From: Octopus sinensis
Taxonomy: Eukaryota
Assembly (NCBI RefSeq): GCF_006345805.1
Contig: NC_043013.1
Location: forward strand, 22,010,001 to 22,074,000
Reading direction: 5' to 3'
Length of the DNA stretch: 64,000 nt
Shown here: positions 26,264-43,640 of the stretch, one piece after another
Layout: each line of letters starts with the position of its first letter
Numbering within the stretch: the stretch's first letter is position 1
Translations under genes and position numbers: made by a program
The notes under the pieces: model-generated
Seen by the model: the letters and a program-made list of their open reading frames with translations, nothing else
What the model was told of the DNA's origin: nothing
The model's database searches: none

Positions 26264-26675
26264 TTTTCAAAAACTTAAAGCAACTTTTCCATTTAAGCGA
26301 CACCAAGCAAATTCCAGATATAGTGTGTAACTGGTGTCGCTAAAGTGATACCCCAAAACAAAAACGAAAACTAAAAGCAGATGAATAGTGACAGACGATT
26401 AAAAGAAAAAAAAATATGTGTGTATTTGTGTAATTGTGTGAGCGTGTGTGTGTGTACAAATAGATAAAGAATGGTGGGTGGTCAAAATTTGGAACAAACA
26501 AACTGGCTTTTGTGAGTGGCTGATAGGTATGTATTTGTGTATATTTGTGTATGTATGGGTATGTTTCTATGTATATTGCGTGTGTTGCCATTTTGATTTT
26601 CTTCCTGCGATCGAACTTAAACTGACCCCTAGCTATCAAAGACCGAACACACACACACACACACATATACACACA

Positions 26676-26710
<35 letters not shown>

Positions 26711-27007
26711 ACACACACTTGTTTTAGATCTTGTACCAATTTGAACTGTAACCATGCACAAGATAACATGGTAAGTCTTATGTTCTGAAATTTTAATTTT
26801 GAATTTGTTTTAATTATAAAATTATACCCCAGCTAAAAGCTCATTTTTTGACTTTTTCAAAACAGAACCTTTTCTTTCTATTTCCATATTTTTTGTTAAG
26901 CCACAATTGCTCTGTTTTGGGAGTACCTCATTGTTTCATATGTTGATGTGTATAAGTCAACAAAAACTAATGGAAAATCGGACACTAGCAAACACACAGA
27001 CACACAC

Positions 27008-27078
<71 letters not shown>

Positions 27079-27097
27079 TATATGTATGTATCTATAA

Positions 27098-27155
27098 AGG
27101 CGTAGGAGTGGCTGTGTGGTAAGTAGCTTGCTTCCCAACCACATGGTTCCCGGTT
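27098..27155 (+). mobile_element. 5' fragment of a tRNA-derived SINE
   Basis: ggcgtaggagtggctgtgtggtaagtagcttgcttcccaaccacatggtt is homologous to the copy at 55098. Confidence 0.7.
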
Positions 27156-27522
27156 AGGGGTTAGGGTGTGTATGTGTTTGTGTGTCTGTGTTTATCCCCG
27201 CAACATCGCTTGACAACTAATGCTGCTGTGTTTACGTCCCAAATACATTTGTTGTATTTTTCAACACAAAAACTTTGGCTTTCAAGGTTTTTCCACGAAA
27301 TGTAACATCACTTACCATTTTGCCCATAAAATGCAGCTTCTTTTCTGAAACACCTCGTGCAGTTTTCCTTTAAACTGTGTTTTCCTATTTTTCTCCATGT
27401 ATATGTATTAATTATTGTGATATCACTGCCCGTATCCAATTGTAACTTGATATTCACATTATTCATTTTTACGGAGACAATTTTTTTTCTGAGTCTCGCT
27501 TTTTTCTAACAATACATTCTTT

Positions 27523-28708
27523 CTAAAAATTTCTTTCTGTTCGACCATTTTTTTTTGTTTCGCAATATTGTGAGGTTTTATATCCGATTTTTCCACAATC
27601 AAAGCATTTATGATTTTTAAAATGACAGTTACTTTTAAAAGGTAAACCTTCGCACCTGTAGCACGGATTTGGTCTTGACGTTCGTTTTTCCTTTTTCTTA
27701 TCTATTTCAGGACGACACGCATGTATCTGAGAGCAGTCTTTTATTTCAATTTTATTTGCGCCATGTCTTAAAATTATAATCCTCTGGCATTCTTCAGCCA
27801 CTGTCAGTAGAGCTAATTTTTGGTCCTGTTCTAATTTTGTTGATATACGGAAACGTATATCAGCGTCTTTTCTTGCTGTTAACCCTTGAACATATATTAG
27901 ACATTTGAACAAATCCGGGTTAATTAATTTAATCTGAATTTTTCACACTCTCTGTTAATGACCCCAGTATAGGTGACGAAATCTTCATCTTTTTTAACTA
28001 AATTTAAACATTGCCAACGAGTTTCATTGGAAAGCCGCGATAACAAAATAACTGTTTCATCGAATCAAATCTCACCTGATTTCTTCAGCAGAATATAGTT
28101 ACAGTATTTTTGTTGATCGGCAGAGGATAACTTTTTTTAAAAGTAGTCGCACTTTCCTCATCATTCCAATTTTTACGTTCTTTGAAGATTTCTTCGTATC
28201 TTCGAAAATATGAAGAGAAAGAAATACCTTCTGGATTATAAATAAATTCTCCAATTGAATTTGTTACGCCGTCTGACGAGAACGAGCCTGAAGTATTTTC
28301 AGACTTCTTCAACAATATTTGTAGTAAGTGTTGATATTGTTGTCGTTGTAACTGCTGTTGTTGTTGTTGTTGCAACTGTACCATGCAAGCCAACAAATCT
28401 TCCATGTTAAATCATTTTTTCTTTAGTTTCGTACCAAACAAAAAAATTTAAACGTCCTACGCAAGCTTCGAATATCTCGTCGCTACTTTTATATTCTGCC
28501 ACAGGTTGGTAAATATAAATTATGCAGCGGAAGTTTAATCAATGTGTTCGCACGGCAGACTTCTCGAGACTACCAAAACGCTCTCTCCCGACTACTACTG
28601 ACTTCTCTTCTTTATAAGAATTCGGCTTGTCCATTTTCCAATCCACCAGAGGTGTCAATAATTCTCACCACAACACATTGGGGTCATCGACTATCTCCCT
28701 CCCCCACA
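27523..28708 (-). mobile_element. Gypsy LTR retrotransposon 5' remnant: probable LTR (about 28490-28708), PBS-like site and gag
   Basis: Translates to EFIYNPEGISFSSYFRRYEEIF, FKCLIYVQGLT..KDADIR and two degenerate zinc knuckles (CYRC, CFDCGKIG). A PBS-like TAGCGACGAG lies at about 28477-28486. pol is absent. Confidence 0.75.
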
Positions 28709-28738
28709 ATTTCTGGCTTTGTGCCTATAGTAGAAAGG

Positions 28739-32960
<4,222 letters not shown>

Positions 32961-33584
32961 TTTTTATTTATTTATTTATCTATCTTTTTAAACTTATGAA
33001 AGATTCACTCTGCCTGTATTAGTTCGAAAAAATGAGAATAAAATACGAGAAAAAAAAATAATAATAAACAAACAAAAATAAGAATTATCATCATCACTGT
33101 CATCACTGTCATCATCATCATCATCATCAATGACATTGTTTTATGTGTAGTCACAGCGGTAGCTTATTCTTATTATTATTCTTATCACTATCACCATCAC
33201 CACGGTAGAGTGGTCATGTTCTATAAATAGATTCATCAGATGGTGGACAAAGGACATTTGGGTCAGGAAAAGGTCAAACCTGTTTACTAGTACCAGCGTT
33301 ATCTTGAAAGCAATCCAGCTATATATATATACCCATACACATATGTATATATATATGTATATTCACACACGCATATTTTCTGATATTCACTCGATGATTT
33401 TTTTAAAAAAAATTCTGAGTTCAATTGTGTTTGGAAAAAAAAAAAAGATTTTTGCAAAGAGAAGAATGTTTACATTTTCGAATGCTCAGAAAATTTTTCT
33501 TTTCTTTTTAAAAGTTTAAAAGTTATGCTGTGGTTTACAGTTTTTGTAGTTGTGCAGTGTATATATATTGGTATACGCTTACTT

Positions 33585-33616
33585 CCATATTATTATTATT
33601 ATTATTATTATTATAA

Positions 33617-33703
<87 letters not shown>
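33585..33703. repeat. (ATT)n microsatellite
   Basis: Direct reading. Confidence 0.97.
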
Positions 33704-33704
<1 letters not shown>

Positions 33705-33900
33705 AGCGGTGAGGTAGAAAAATCTTTAGCACGCCGGACAAAATGCTTAGATGTATTTCGTCCGTCATTATGTTCAAATTTTTATCAATTTATAATTTCT
33801 CATTAATGTAAAATAATAAAACTACTCACCTGAAAAGAATCCCATCAACCATTACGAGAACCAAACCAAAACAAAGCATTTATCTATTTTATTCTTTCAG

Positions 33901-34125
33901 GAAGATGTCCTGTGAATCTCATTTACAATGCTCACACTTTTATTCCTACACTTTCGACATCGGTGTCTGGTGTCAATTATGCGCAGTGTTTCAATCGTTG
34001 TGAAGCGGAACCAAATTGTCAATCGTTTCACTACGCCTTTCTTAACTGCATAATGTCAAATTATAACTATACTTATAAACCGTTTCATGTGCACAAGGGT
34101 TACATCTACACTGACATAAACAGAG
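33901..34125 (+). CDS. PAN/Apple-domain internal exon, unit B (225 nt, phase 1-1): (G)RCPVNLIYNAHTFIPTLSTSVSGVNYAQCFNRCEAEPNCQSFHYAFLNCIMSNYNYTYKPFHVHKGYIYTDINR
   Basis: Acceptor is ttttattctttcag|GA and donor is AGAG|gtaagt. The frame is open. It is the paralog of exon 867, with the same splice context and shared CP, SG.NY.QC...CEA.P.CQSF.Y and YT.INR. Confidence 0.9.
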
Positions 34126-34260
34126 GTAAGTGCAAATCTCTTTTATTTTTTATTTAGACAATACTGAGATACCACCTTCAAAAGCTTTAGCTTGTTATGT
34201 CACCCTAGTAGTTTATTTTACTCTTTATCAAATGGTTGAGTCCAGCTTGTCCTTAAGGTA

Positions 34261-35530
34261 CGAGGGGCGTTCAATAAGTAATGCCCCTGACCCACTTCCC
34301 ATAGCAGTAGAGCAACGACACTTGGCACAGTTATTAGTCTTTTCCTACATAGGAACTACTCAGAGTTATGCATTTCTCCCATCGTTTGATACAGCTCTGG
34401 AGACCGTTTTTGTAGAAGACCCCAGCTTGGTCCTCCAACCACGACGTGACTTCAGAAATCAAGGCTGCATCATCTGGGAAACGCTTTCCTTTCAAAATCA
34501 ACTTCATGGCTGGGAAGAGGTGAAAATCAGAGGGTGCAAGGGGAGGAGTTCATAGCTGCACGCCTGTGCTTCTGATCTGGCGACACGCGAGTTGTGGACC
34601 GGAGCGTTGTCCTGCAGGAGGAGGATGCCTTTGCTGATCTTGCCCCGCCTCTTGATTTTGATAGCTTCTCTTAATTTCCTCAAAAGTGAAGCAGAATAGG
34701 CTCCTGTAATTGTGGTACCCTTTGCCAGGAAATCTGTCATCACTACTCCGTCCTGGTCCCAGAAGACTGTGAGCATAACCTTGTCAGCGGAGGGCTGCAC
34801 CTTTGCCTTCTTTGGAGGAGGTGAGTCACGGTGCTTTCACTACATTGACTGTGCTTTGGTCTATGGATCATAGTGATGGACCCAGGTTTTATCCTGTGTG
34901 ATCAGTCTTTTGAAAAATTTTCACACATCTTCTTGGCACATCTCCAAATTCATCCTCGAGCACTCAACGCGTTCTTGCTTCTGGAAAGATGTGAGCAACC
35001 TGGAAATCCATCTGGCAGACACCTTTTGCATATGCAAATGGTCATGAATGATAGTTTCCACAGACCCGGTACTAATCTTGACCTTATGGGCTATTTGGCG
35101 AATAGTTATGCGTTGACCTTCCAAAATGGCAGCCTCAACTTGACGGACAGACGTCTCATCAACGGCAGAAGGGGGCGACCAGATCTGGGAGCTGTTTCCA
35201 CAGAGTTCCGACTATGTTTGAATTCACAATGCCAGCGTTTTACAAGGTCATATGATGGGGCATCATCACCATAAGTTACTTTCATTTCATCAAAAGTCTC
35301 CCGTGGTGTGAGTCCTTTCAAATACAAAAACCAGATCACTGCTCGACATTCAACAGGCTCCATTTCACACTTGACTCAGTTCAAACACCTGTAAATCAGA
35401 AACCACAATTAGTCCAGAGCTGTAATTCGCCACGTAATCTATAGAGGTATAAATAAGTGCACATGCAAAGTTTCAGCTAGATCAAACAACTGCACGTGGG
35501 TCAGGAGCATTACTTATTGAACGCCCCTCG
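34261..35530 (-). mobile_element. Mariner transposon, 1270 bp, both ends intact, transposase disrupted
   Basis: 35-bp TIRs CGAGGGGCGTTCAATAAGTAATGC[C/T]CCTGACCCAC with 1 mismatch and a TA TSD. Translates to MEPVECRAVIWFL, VSARWI, VFWD, QDNAPVH and LAPSDFHLF in shifted frames. Confidence 0.96.
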
Positions 35531-35581
35531 TATGTAAATTGAGGGACTAATTAAAGACCAAACTATTGATCACTCCTATTA

Positions 35582-35638
<57 letters not shown>

Positions 35639-36285
35639 TTAAGCACATAAATGCAAAACAAGGTGGAAAGAAGTAGGACTCAAGTACCGAAGGTAGGGTA
35701 TTATGCTCTCTTTTTATTCAAGCTGCAAAAACATCACAAAAAACTGTTACCGTTTCACGTTTCCGTCGTCTAACATTTGTGATCAAGAATGGAATAAAAT
35801 TGTGATGGTACATGTAATATATAATTTGATGTAATGCAATTTAAGGCATAAGCATTGGAATTTGGTTGGGTAACTTATATTCAAATTATAAACAGTATTG
35901 TATTCGTTAACGGTTGGTCGAATTGAGGGTTATAAATTGAACAGTAAAATATATTATATTATCTATATATGTAAAAGAGAGTTTGTGTGTGTATGTGTGT
36001 ATGTGTGTGTGCGTGTGTGTGTGCGTGTATGTGTGTATGTGTGTGTGTGTGTGCGTGCGTGTATGTTCCTTATGTATTCGAAAGCTGTGTTGCCGATTTT
36101 GACGTGTGGGGTATCATAAGATTCATTAATCTTTCGGCTACCAAATAAACTATATTTTTATTTCCATATTTTCGAAAATGTACACATAAATATCGTACTA
36201 AAATAAGCTACAACCAAAAATATTTCATTAAAAGACAAACATATTTCTATATGTCAAGAGGAAATACAGTCACTCACCCTCCCTT

Positions 36286-36325
<40 letters not shown>

Positions 36326-36791
36326 GCACACGCACTCATACACACTAAAAAGAATGTATTCAAATGTATTTATGTACGTGTATATGAAAGACAATGTATA
36401 TGTGTGTGTGTGAGAGAGTGAGTTACTTAGACAGACAGGCAAAATAATACATACATGACAACACACACACACACGGTAAAACTTCTGTACGAATCATGTT
36501 ATTTCTCACTGTGTGCACGCCCAAAATTACAGCTGAACTCCACTTAAAAGGTTCTTTTACTATTCTGTAATTTGTGTTTGTGATGAATTTATTTTGAAAA
36601 CCTGATCTTCGGTAAAAACTGAAAATGAATTTTTCCCAGAAATTCTGTCCTTTACCTGTCGCCTCTAGCATGTCGTCTCTAGCATGACATTTGCGCCCCA
36701 CGCCTCTATTTTTCCCTAAACTTCTTCCGATTCCTACGTATTTGATAGAGTAATTTAGGATTTCGCCAAAACAATTCGTTCTCTATATTTT

Positions 36792-36896
<105 letters not shown>

Positions 36897-37835
36897 ATTG
36901 ACAGTAAATAAAACACATATATTAAAGAGGTAAGGATTTCTTATATAAAATCATCTTATGTAAATAGGGAAGTCGATTGTATTAAAGAGATTAGGATTTC
37001 TTGATTAATAGTAAAGAAATCACGGAAGATATTAAGATCATCAGAAGAATAAGAAACTATTTTTATTCCATTTCAGTACTTTGGAACGAATTCAAACAGT
37101 CAAATTCACTGGACAAGATTAACTCTGTGGGATGTGGTATAATATTTTTCGACTCTTATTATTTCGTTGACAGTAAGACCCTCTTTTCGTTTATTTTTTG
37201 TGTTTTTCGTTTCTGTTTCTGGTTTCTCGTCTTTAATTCATTGATCTCTAGTTCTTGCCACAAAAAATTAAAAAATAAATAAATATCTCTTTCTTCTACA
37301 TCACATAAGTATTTCTACTTAGAAACTTAATTCTTAATTAAATATATTAACAGTAAATTAATGATTAATATTCATTCAAAAGGATGTTGTAAAACAACCC
37401 ACAAATACATTTAAAATCTGGCAAATGGATTAATATTAATCTCCGTTGTCATTAAAATTCTCAACACGCTTCCTTACTAATCTGCAAAGAAATACCTCAA
37501 TACATCTCGCCGGTAATACGAGAACCACTCTCCCTCCGAGACACCCAACAACATACCCCTTCTCACTCTCCCGTCATACATGCTATTTCACCAGCCAGAT
37601 CCCACATCAATTATTATCCCCAGTCCTTCCTTTCTAGATTATGCAACACTCACGAACTCACTCCCTACTCACACTAACCTAAAGATGTCCAAACGGAACA
37701 TGAATAAAATCGATCTATCGAATCAATAGGCCACATCTATTCGTTTCCCTTGTACTTTGTCAGACTAGAGCAATAATTTAATTTATGCTCTTATATTTAT
37801 TGTGTTTCCTCTTTCCAATTTTTTTTCTATTGCAG

Positions 37836-38026
37836 AAAAAGAAACTAATGACTTTACAGCTTATTCAACATTTTCCTTCAAACCAAACCCATATCCCAAC
37901 CTTGTAACCGAGGCCCAAATGGATGCTCACTCGGTTCTGGATTGTTCCCGTTTATGTTTGATATCTTCTACATGTACCGCCTTTTCATATACTAACACTA
38001 AGTGCCTAAAGAAGAAACTGATCTGA
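37836..38026 (+). CDS. Terminal PAN/Apple exon, unit B: EKETNDFTAYSTFSFKPNPYPNLVTEAQMDAHSVLDCSRLCLISSTCTAFSYTNTKCLKKKLI*
   Basis: Acceptor is ttttttttctattgcag|AA, phase 1, joining 34125 in frame (R-E-K). It has the S..DC...C.....C.AFSY....C.L pattern, then TGA followed by AATAAA. Confidence 0.87.
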
Positions 38027-38138
38027 ACTTTAATGGAATTCACCCCCAAAATTACTTCTCAATGAAGTGTGAGCAAGACTTCAACGTATCACGTTTGCTA
38101 ATAATAATTATATAAGATAAAATGTGTATTTCTTTGTG

Positions 38139-38144
38139 AATAAA
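38139..38144 (+). terminator. Polyadenylation signal AATAAA, unit B
   Basis: It lies about 113 nt after the stop and is conserved with unit A. Confidence 0.6.
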
Positions 38145-38874
38145 ATCAATTTAATTCAGTTATTTCTTTTGTTGATTAATTTTAATTGCTAACGTTTTTT
38201 TCCTTTTTAGCCTTCTCTTAGAAATCCATTCACACATTTGAAAGTTTATAAGATTATTAAATTTACTTGAGTACCCATGAAGCAATTGGGTGTTATTTTA
38301 TCGACCTTCAAAGAATGAAACACTAATTTAACCTGGACAGCATTTTGTTACAAAACGTAATGGGTCTTATCTAAATACCACAAGCAGTTGAACCGAATTG
38401 TAACACTTCTTACCCATAATCTAAATATTATACCAAATAAAAAGCTTGCATTTGTCTGATTTCTTTTGAGAAGTGAAAGAATTTCCAATTCAACCTAAAA
38501 ATAATGATGAAGATAGCATCGAAAGGTTTTCTGAAGAATATGGTAAACATTTCACGAGAATTATTGTACGTCTTCCATTGTAAGAAAGCACCAAAAATCT
38601 TAGGTAACATGATTGCTAATTTTAGTTTCAGCTCTGGTCTCTTGCAAGTCTAAACGAATTTTATTAAAGTTTACAAAGCCAATTTAAAATAAAAATCTTT
38701 GTTTTCTCTTAAGACAAAATTTTGTATTTCAGCAACTTATTTTGCATATAATGTCGGTAGAGGTTAAACGAAATCCGAAATAAATAACACGTAAAACAAA
38801 ATTCAATAGAAATTCGTTCATCAATACAGCAGCTCGATAAGTTCTGATTTTTGGAGGGTTATACATAGCTATTG

Positions 38875-41800
38875 AACTCTTTAACTCGTTTTAGCTTTAA
38901 AATTGCCTCCATGCTGGAACACCACCGTTGACTCTGCTACGCCTTCATTATGTGAAACCTGTCTGATACGTGGCATTTGGTGAATGAGGGAGTTTGATGC
39001 TGCTGCCCTCATCTGTGTTTCCTGCCGTGAGGTAGGCATATCTGGAACCCTTGACAGGAGGAGATCCAGTTTCGTTATGAAGACACCTACATCCAAACCA
39101 TGCCGGTCTCTTGGGCATTTTGGAAGGATATTGAAGAGCTGTGGGCCATTGAAACCGAAGCTGTTGCTGTATCTGGTCCTTATTTTGATGGTAATGGTGG
39201 GATCTTTGGCACTCTGCAGTGGTGCCCTGTTTTGCTATTTGTGTTACTTTCAATGCCACAGTGCAAGGCCTTCCAGAATTTTCCAGATATATATCCCAGC
39301 ATATCTTTCCCGCCTTCGTTGAAAGGAAAACAGTGATAACTCTTTTAGAGTTTCCCAGTAGTTGGTACGTTGCATTGAGACGGTTTTGTTTGTGTAGATT
39401 CGTTGGATTGCTTCGAGTTCCACTGTTAATTTTATACTGTGTAGTGGTCATATTTTGGAGCAATAGTCCAAGAAGCTGAGGACATATGTCTTCCAAAAGA
39501 CCACCATAGTTTCCTTTTCTCTCGTTCTGAAAGTTCGGAGGATCCATCCACCTACCCGTCTGAATTTTCTTACCAAATTAGTAAAAAGCACCTGGAAAGA
39601 CATGTCAATGCTCAGATCACTATTGATTTTAATTCAGGGACTGCGATTCCTCCAGGGCCAGAGTATTTTATTTGCATGTCTTTCAGCTTTGTATGCTGAT
39701 AGCTCAGAGCTTGGAATTTTCAATTATTAAACTGCATGTTGTTCTCAGCCTACCTGTATATTGCGTCAAGTTCTCGTTGCAAATGCGCAGAATCGTCTGA
39801 GAGGCTTGTCATCTGCATAGCTAGTGAGATTGGCTTATCTGAGCAGTTGAGGGCGTGTCTGAGAGGACCACTATAAATAGCAGTGGTCCTAAGACAGTAT
39901 CCTGTGTAACACCACTTACTATTTACATTTCTTTTGAGGTGGCTCCATTGGCCACCACTGCTTGACATCTATCTTTTCTAAAGTCATGCAGTCACTCTCC
40001 AGCTTTCCGACGACACTGAGATCACGCAGTCTGTAACGTATCATACTACGGTCAACTTTATCAAAGGCTTTTGCAAAGTCGAGATATATCACAGCTACAC
40101 TTGAGTCGTTGAGCTGGTGCTTTAACACTCAGTTGTAAGAGCTGTATCAGGCAGCTTCTCCCTTGTTGAAATCCATACTGGGTGTCAGTCAGCATATCAT
40201 TCTCTTCAACGAACGCAACGCAATTAGTTCCTTGCTGACTATTCGTTCTATGACTTTGCTAATGTGTGAGGTCAGACAGATAGACCTATAATTTTTATCA
40301 TCTGCTCTGCTTCCTCTTTTGTGGATGGAACATATTATCCCTTCCTTCAGTTTGTTTGGAAGCGTACCACTTGCAAGAGAGCTCTGAATAAGAATCTGCA
40401 GTGATTTTGCAAGGACTCGTCTGCATGATTTGAGAAAGATTGCTGAGAATCCATCAGAGCCAACACCTGAGTTTTGTGTACGTCATATATGGCCAGTGTT
40501 ACATCTTCTTTAATGCTGATGTAACTAATATTCTCCTCTTTCATTACAGGTAAAGTGGCAAAGAAATTTGGTGATTTGTTCATTTGCCTGTGTCCTAGAG
40601 GAGGCGTACACACACTTTGGAACTGTTCGTTCAGTATTTCACTTATCCTCATTGGGTTTCCTATGAATGAGCCATCTTTTTGGAAGAGAGGGCCCTATCT
40701 TGTAACGTACTGAGGCTATTTCTTTAGCAAAGTTAAAGAAAGCTTTAAGGTTTGATTTAATATTTTCTATAACTCCTTAGCTGCTCTCTCTTTTTCATAA
40801 AACTGATGCTGACTTTTCCCAATCGACAACAGCGCTCTCTTCAGGCGGGACTCTTCACTACATTTGGGTGCTTGTTCAGGTGGTTCGCAATCTTTGTCCG
40901 TCGTCTAATAAGAATTCTCCTCTTCCTAAGCGTCTTGTTTAGTGTATGTTGGCCTTGTGCTCTGAGACAGATTTGTCACATATGGCTCACATTATGGACA
41001 TGAAATGTTTGTGTTTCATGTCAGTGTCTGGTGTGCAGATATAGTTTAGCCAATCCTGTTTGAGGATCTCTTTCATAATCAGTTTCCAGTTTACTTTATG
41101 AAAGTTCAAATTGGAGAGATTTCGGGTGCCTCGTATAGGTTCTATGTCTACAGGGAATTTTGGTCCATACTTAGACAGCTCTATTATGTTGTGATCCAAG
41201 ACTAGTGTCGGTGTCACTTTCACATTATAGACCGATGTCCAATCGTTTGTGAATCAGGGATCCAGTATATTATTGCTGTGGTCGGTTGCAAAACAATTTG
41301 ATCCATGAGTGGAGCATTGATAAAGTGGGGCAGGGACTCTACTTGTGCTTTTTAGTGGTGTGTCATTCCTGAAAGCATCTGACCCTCGGGAAGTTAAAGT
41401 CACCCAAAAGGAATACATTGATGTGCTGCTTCAGTTTCGTGAGAACTTCTATCTTTGCCAGGCAGTCTTCAAATTTACCTGTATGATATGGAACATCCGG
41501 TGGCCGATATGTAGTACATATAGCAATATTAAGTTGTCTCGTGTGTATAATTTGAGTGTCACACGCTGAATTTGAACATGACAGCAGGACCGGGAACGTG
41601 AGTTTCTCTCGGATGTACACAGCAACTCAACCATGGCTCCTTTATTTTCTGTCTGAGCGTATTACAGCATATTTTAACATATGTAGTTCTGCACCCCATA
41701 TACCAAGTCTAAGATGCGTTTCCACAAGTGCTATGCGTGGGGTTTGATTGCCTGCAGCACGGTCTCTCGGGAAAGAGATTTTGTTTTGCAGCTGTGGTGC

Positions 41801-42330
41801 AACAGACCTCGGATGTTCAAAAGAAATATTTATGCGACGTTTGAGTTGATGTTATTGGTGGCCAACCTGTATCTATTGTCTGTGGTGGCCTTGTGTGGTG
41901 GTCAGTGTGGTTCCAAGTTTGTGCTTGAAGCCAGGTCAGCTGCAGGAAAAGTTTTTGTGCCAAGCACAAAATGAATTATTGTTTAGCTCCTGCCTTTTTC
42001 ACATCTGAATGAGGCTGACTATATGTTGGGGTAAACACTACATCTGCATATTGTCTTTGGGTAGGGCTCTTTGCACCATCATCGCCACACCAGAAGTTCT
42101 CTTGCAGGTAAAATCTGCAGATGTTTCCGTTTTTACTACGATGAAGTCAGGTCAGTGATGAAATCAGATCAACTATGATTTTGACTATGCTCAGTGGAAC
42201 TTTAGCAAGTCGAAGGGCTTCTAGCATCCACGACAGAGGAACAGATACAAAAGTTTTCTTGTAGTCAAGCCACATTTAAACTAGGTTCTTTGTATGCTTC
42301 CGCACCTCTGACATTACAGTGTTGTGTATT
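38875..42330 (-). mobile_element. CR1/Jockey-group LINE (CCCH-like ORF1 remnant, APE endonuclease, RT), heavily decayed
   Basis: Translates to ICRFYLQ (about 42100-42125), TYRPPD...LLGDFNFP, DHNII and VIYLDFAKAFDKVD, followed by a C-terminal region and 3' end near 38880. Confidence 0.85.
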
Positions 42331-42599
42331 AACAATTGCTCGGCACATCCCCAGACTCTCTTCCTTTCAGCTGCTTGTTCTCATGAGATGATTTTATTAC
42401 TTTCACAATGGTCTTCGAGAAAGAGTTTAAATATGTTGTATACATTTTATTCATTAAGTTCGGGCATGCAATTGGCCGGTGTTTTTTGTTTTTTTGTTTT
42501 TGTTTTTTGGGTTTTTTTTTTTGTTTGCCATCTGGATAGTTCTGCTTTTACGGATCAGTTTTATCTTCGCCAGAACTAACCAGTGTGGTAGGTTACTGT

Positions 42600-43640
42600 T
42601 CCCATTGAGAGTTTACTGGTACAGGTTGATAAGATATGGTCAGTAAAAGGTTAGCTTCTTGTACCAGTATCCAATAATTTCCAGGTGCTTTTCTACCCTG
42701 AAGATTCTGGATTACAGTCACAAGGGTATCCCCATCAATGCTGTATATTTTGGTTGTAATTCAGGGACAATAATTACTTTGAATATTTTTCCAGTCACAG
42801 AACAACTCTGTTAAACTTCATCTATTTGCTCAGGATTTTACTCAAGAAGAAGTCCATATCTTCTCGTGAAGGAGCTTCTGTAATACTCACTGCTTTTTCT
42901 CTCATGTCTCCATACACAGCTGCATGGTTCCGGTAACATTTACTGTTTATTGTTCTTCTCTCGGTTATTCTCCTCTGATGTCGGAGTTTCTCGCTCACAG
43001 CTTTTAGCTCCTGCTTGAGGGAGATCAGTTTGCAAGCGCGTCTCTTCTTTTTGCCGTCTCCAAACATCACTCCTATCTCCTTCTTCACTTTTTGTCGTCG
43101 AGACGTTTAGGGATTTGCTTTTTTGCAAGCAATAAGCATCATCACACGGTTGATGGCTTTCCGTAAACCATCGATTTTTCTCTCTGACTTTAAACCCCAT
43201 GATGACATGTTCTTTGTTGTTTCGATTTTGTTTCCCTTTTGAGTGCCGTTCTTGTACTGCCCCGCAGCAACAGACAGGGTTCCGAGACAGGCGTTAATCT
43301 GCCTGAATGACGTTTCCTTATACTCATGTAACTACTACTCACCTTTTAATACAACGTCTGTCAGTTTTTGCATTCCCTGGTTGCTACTACGCTCTCTTCG
43401 AGGGAGAACTTCAAAGTCAAAGTTATTTTTCCTTAAAAAATTTTGTTAAGGACATATTTCAACAATATATAAACCAGACTACTGATACAATGACCGTTGA
43501 GGTTCTGCCTTCTATTTACCATGGACGTAGTAGAGGGACAATGGTCTGTTGTTTTAGTTTGGCTGGCAGGCAATATAGTATCTGTTGGAATGTTACCAAC
43601 AGTGAAACTACCTGGTCTTCTAACATCATTCATGCCTTTA
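42600..43640 (-). mobile_element. R4/Dong LINE fragment (region upstream of RT)
   Basis: Translates to LKQELKAVSEKLRHQRR...RKAPG...IIGYWYKKLTF. Confidence 0.7.
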
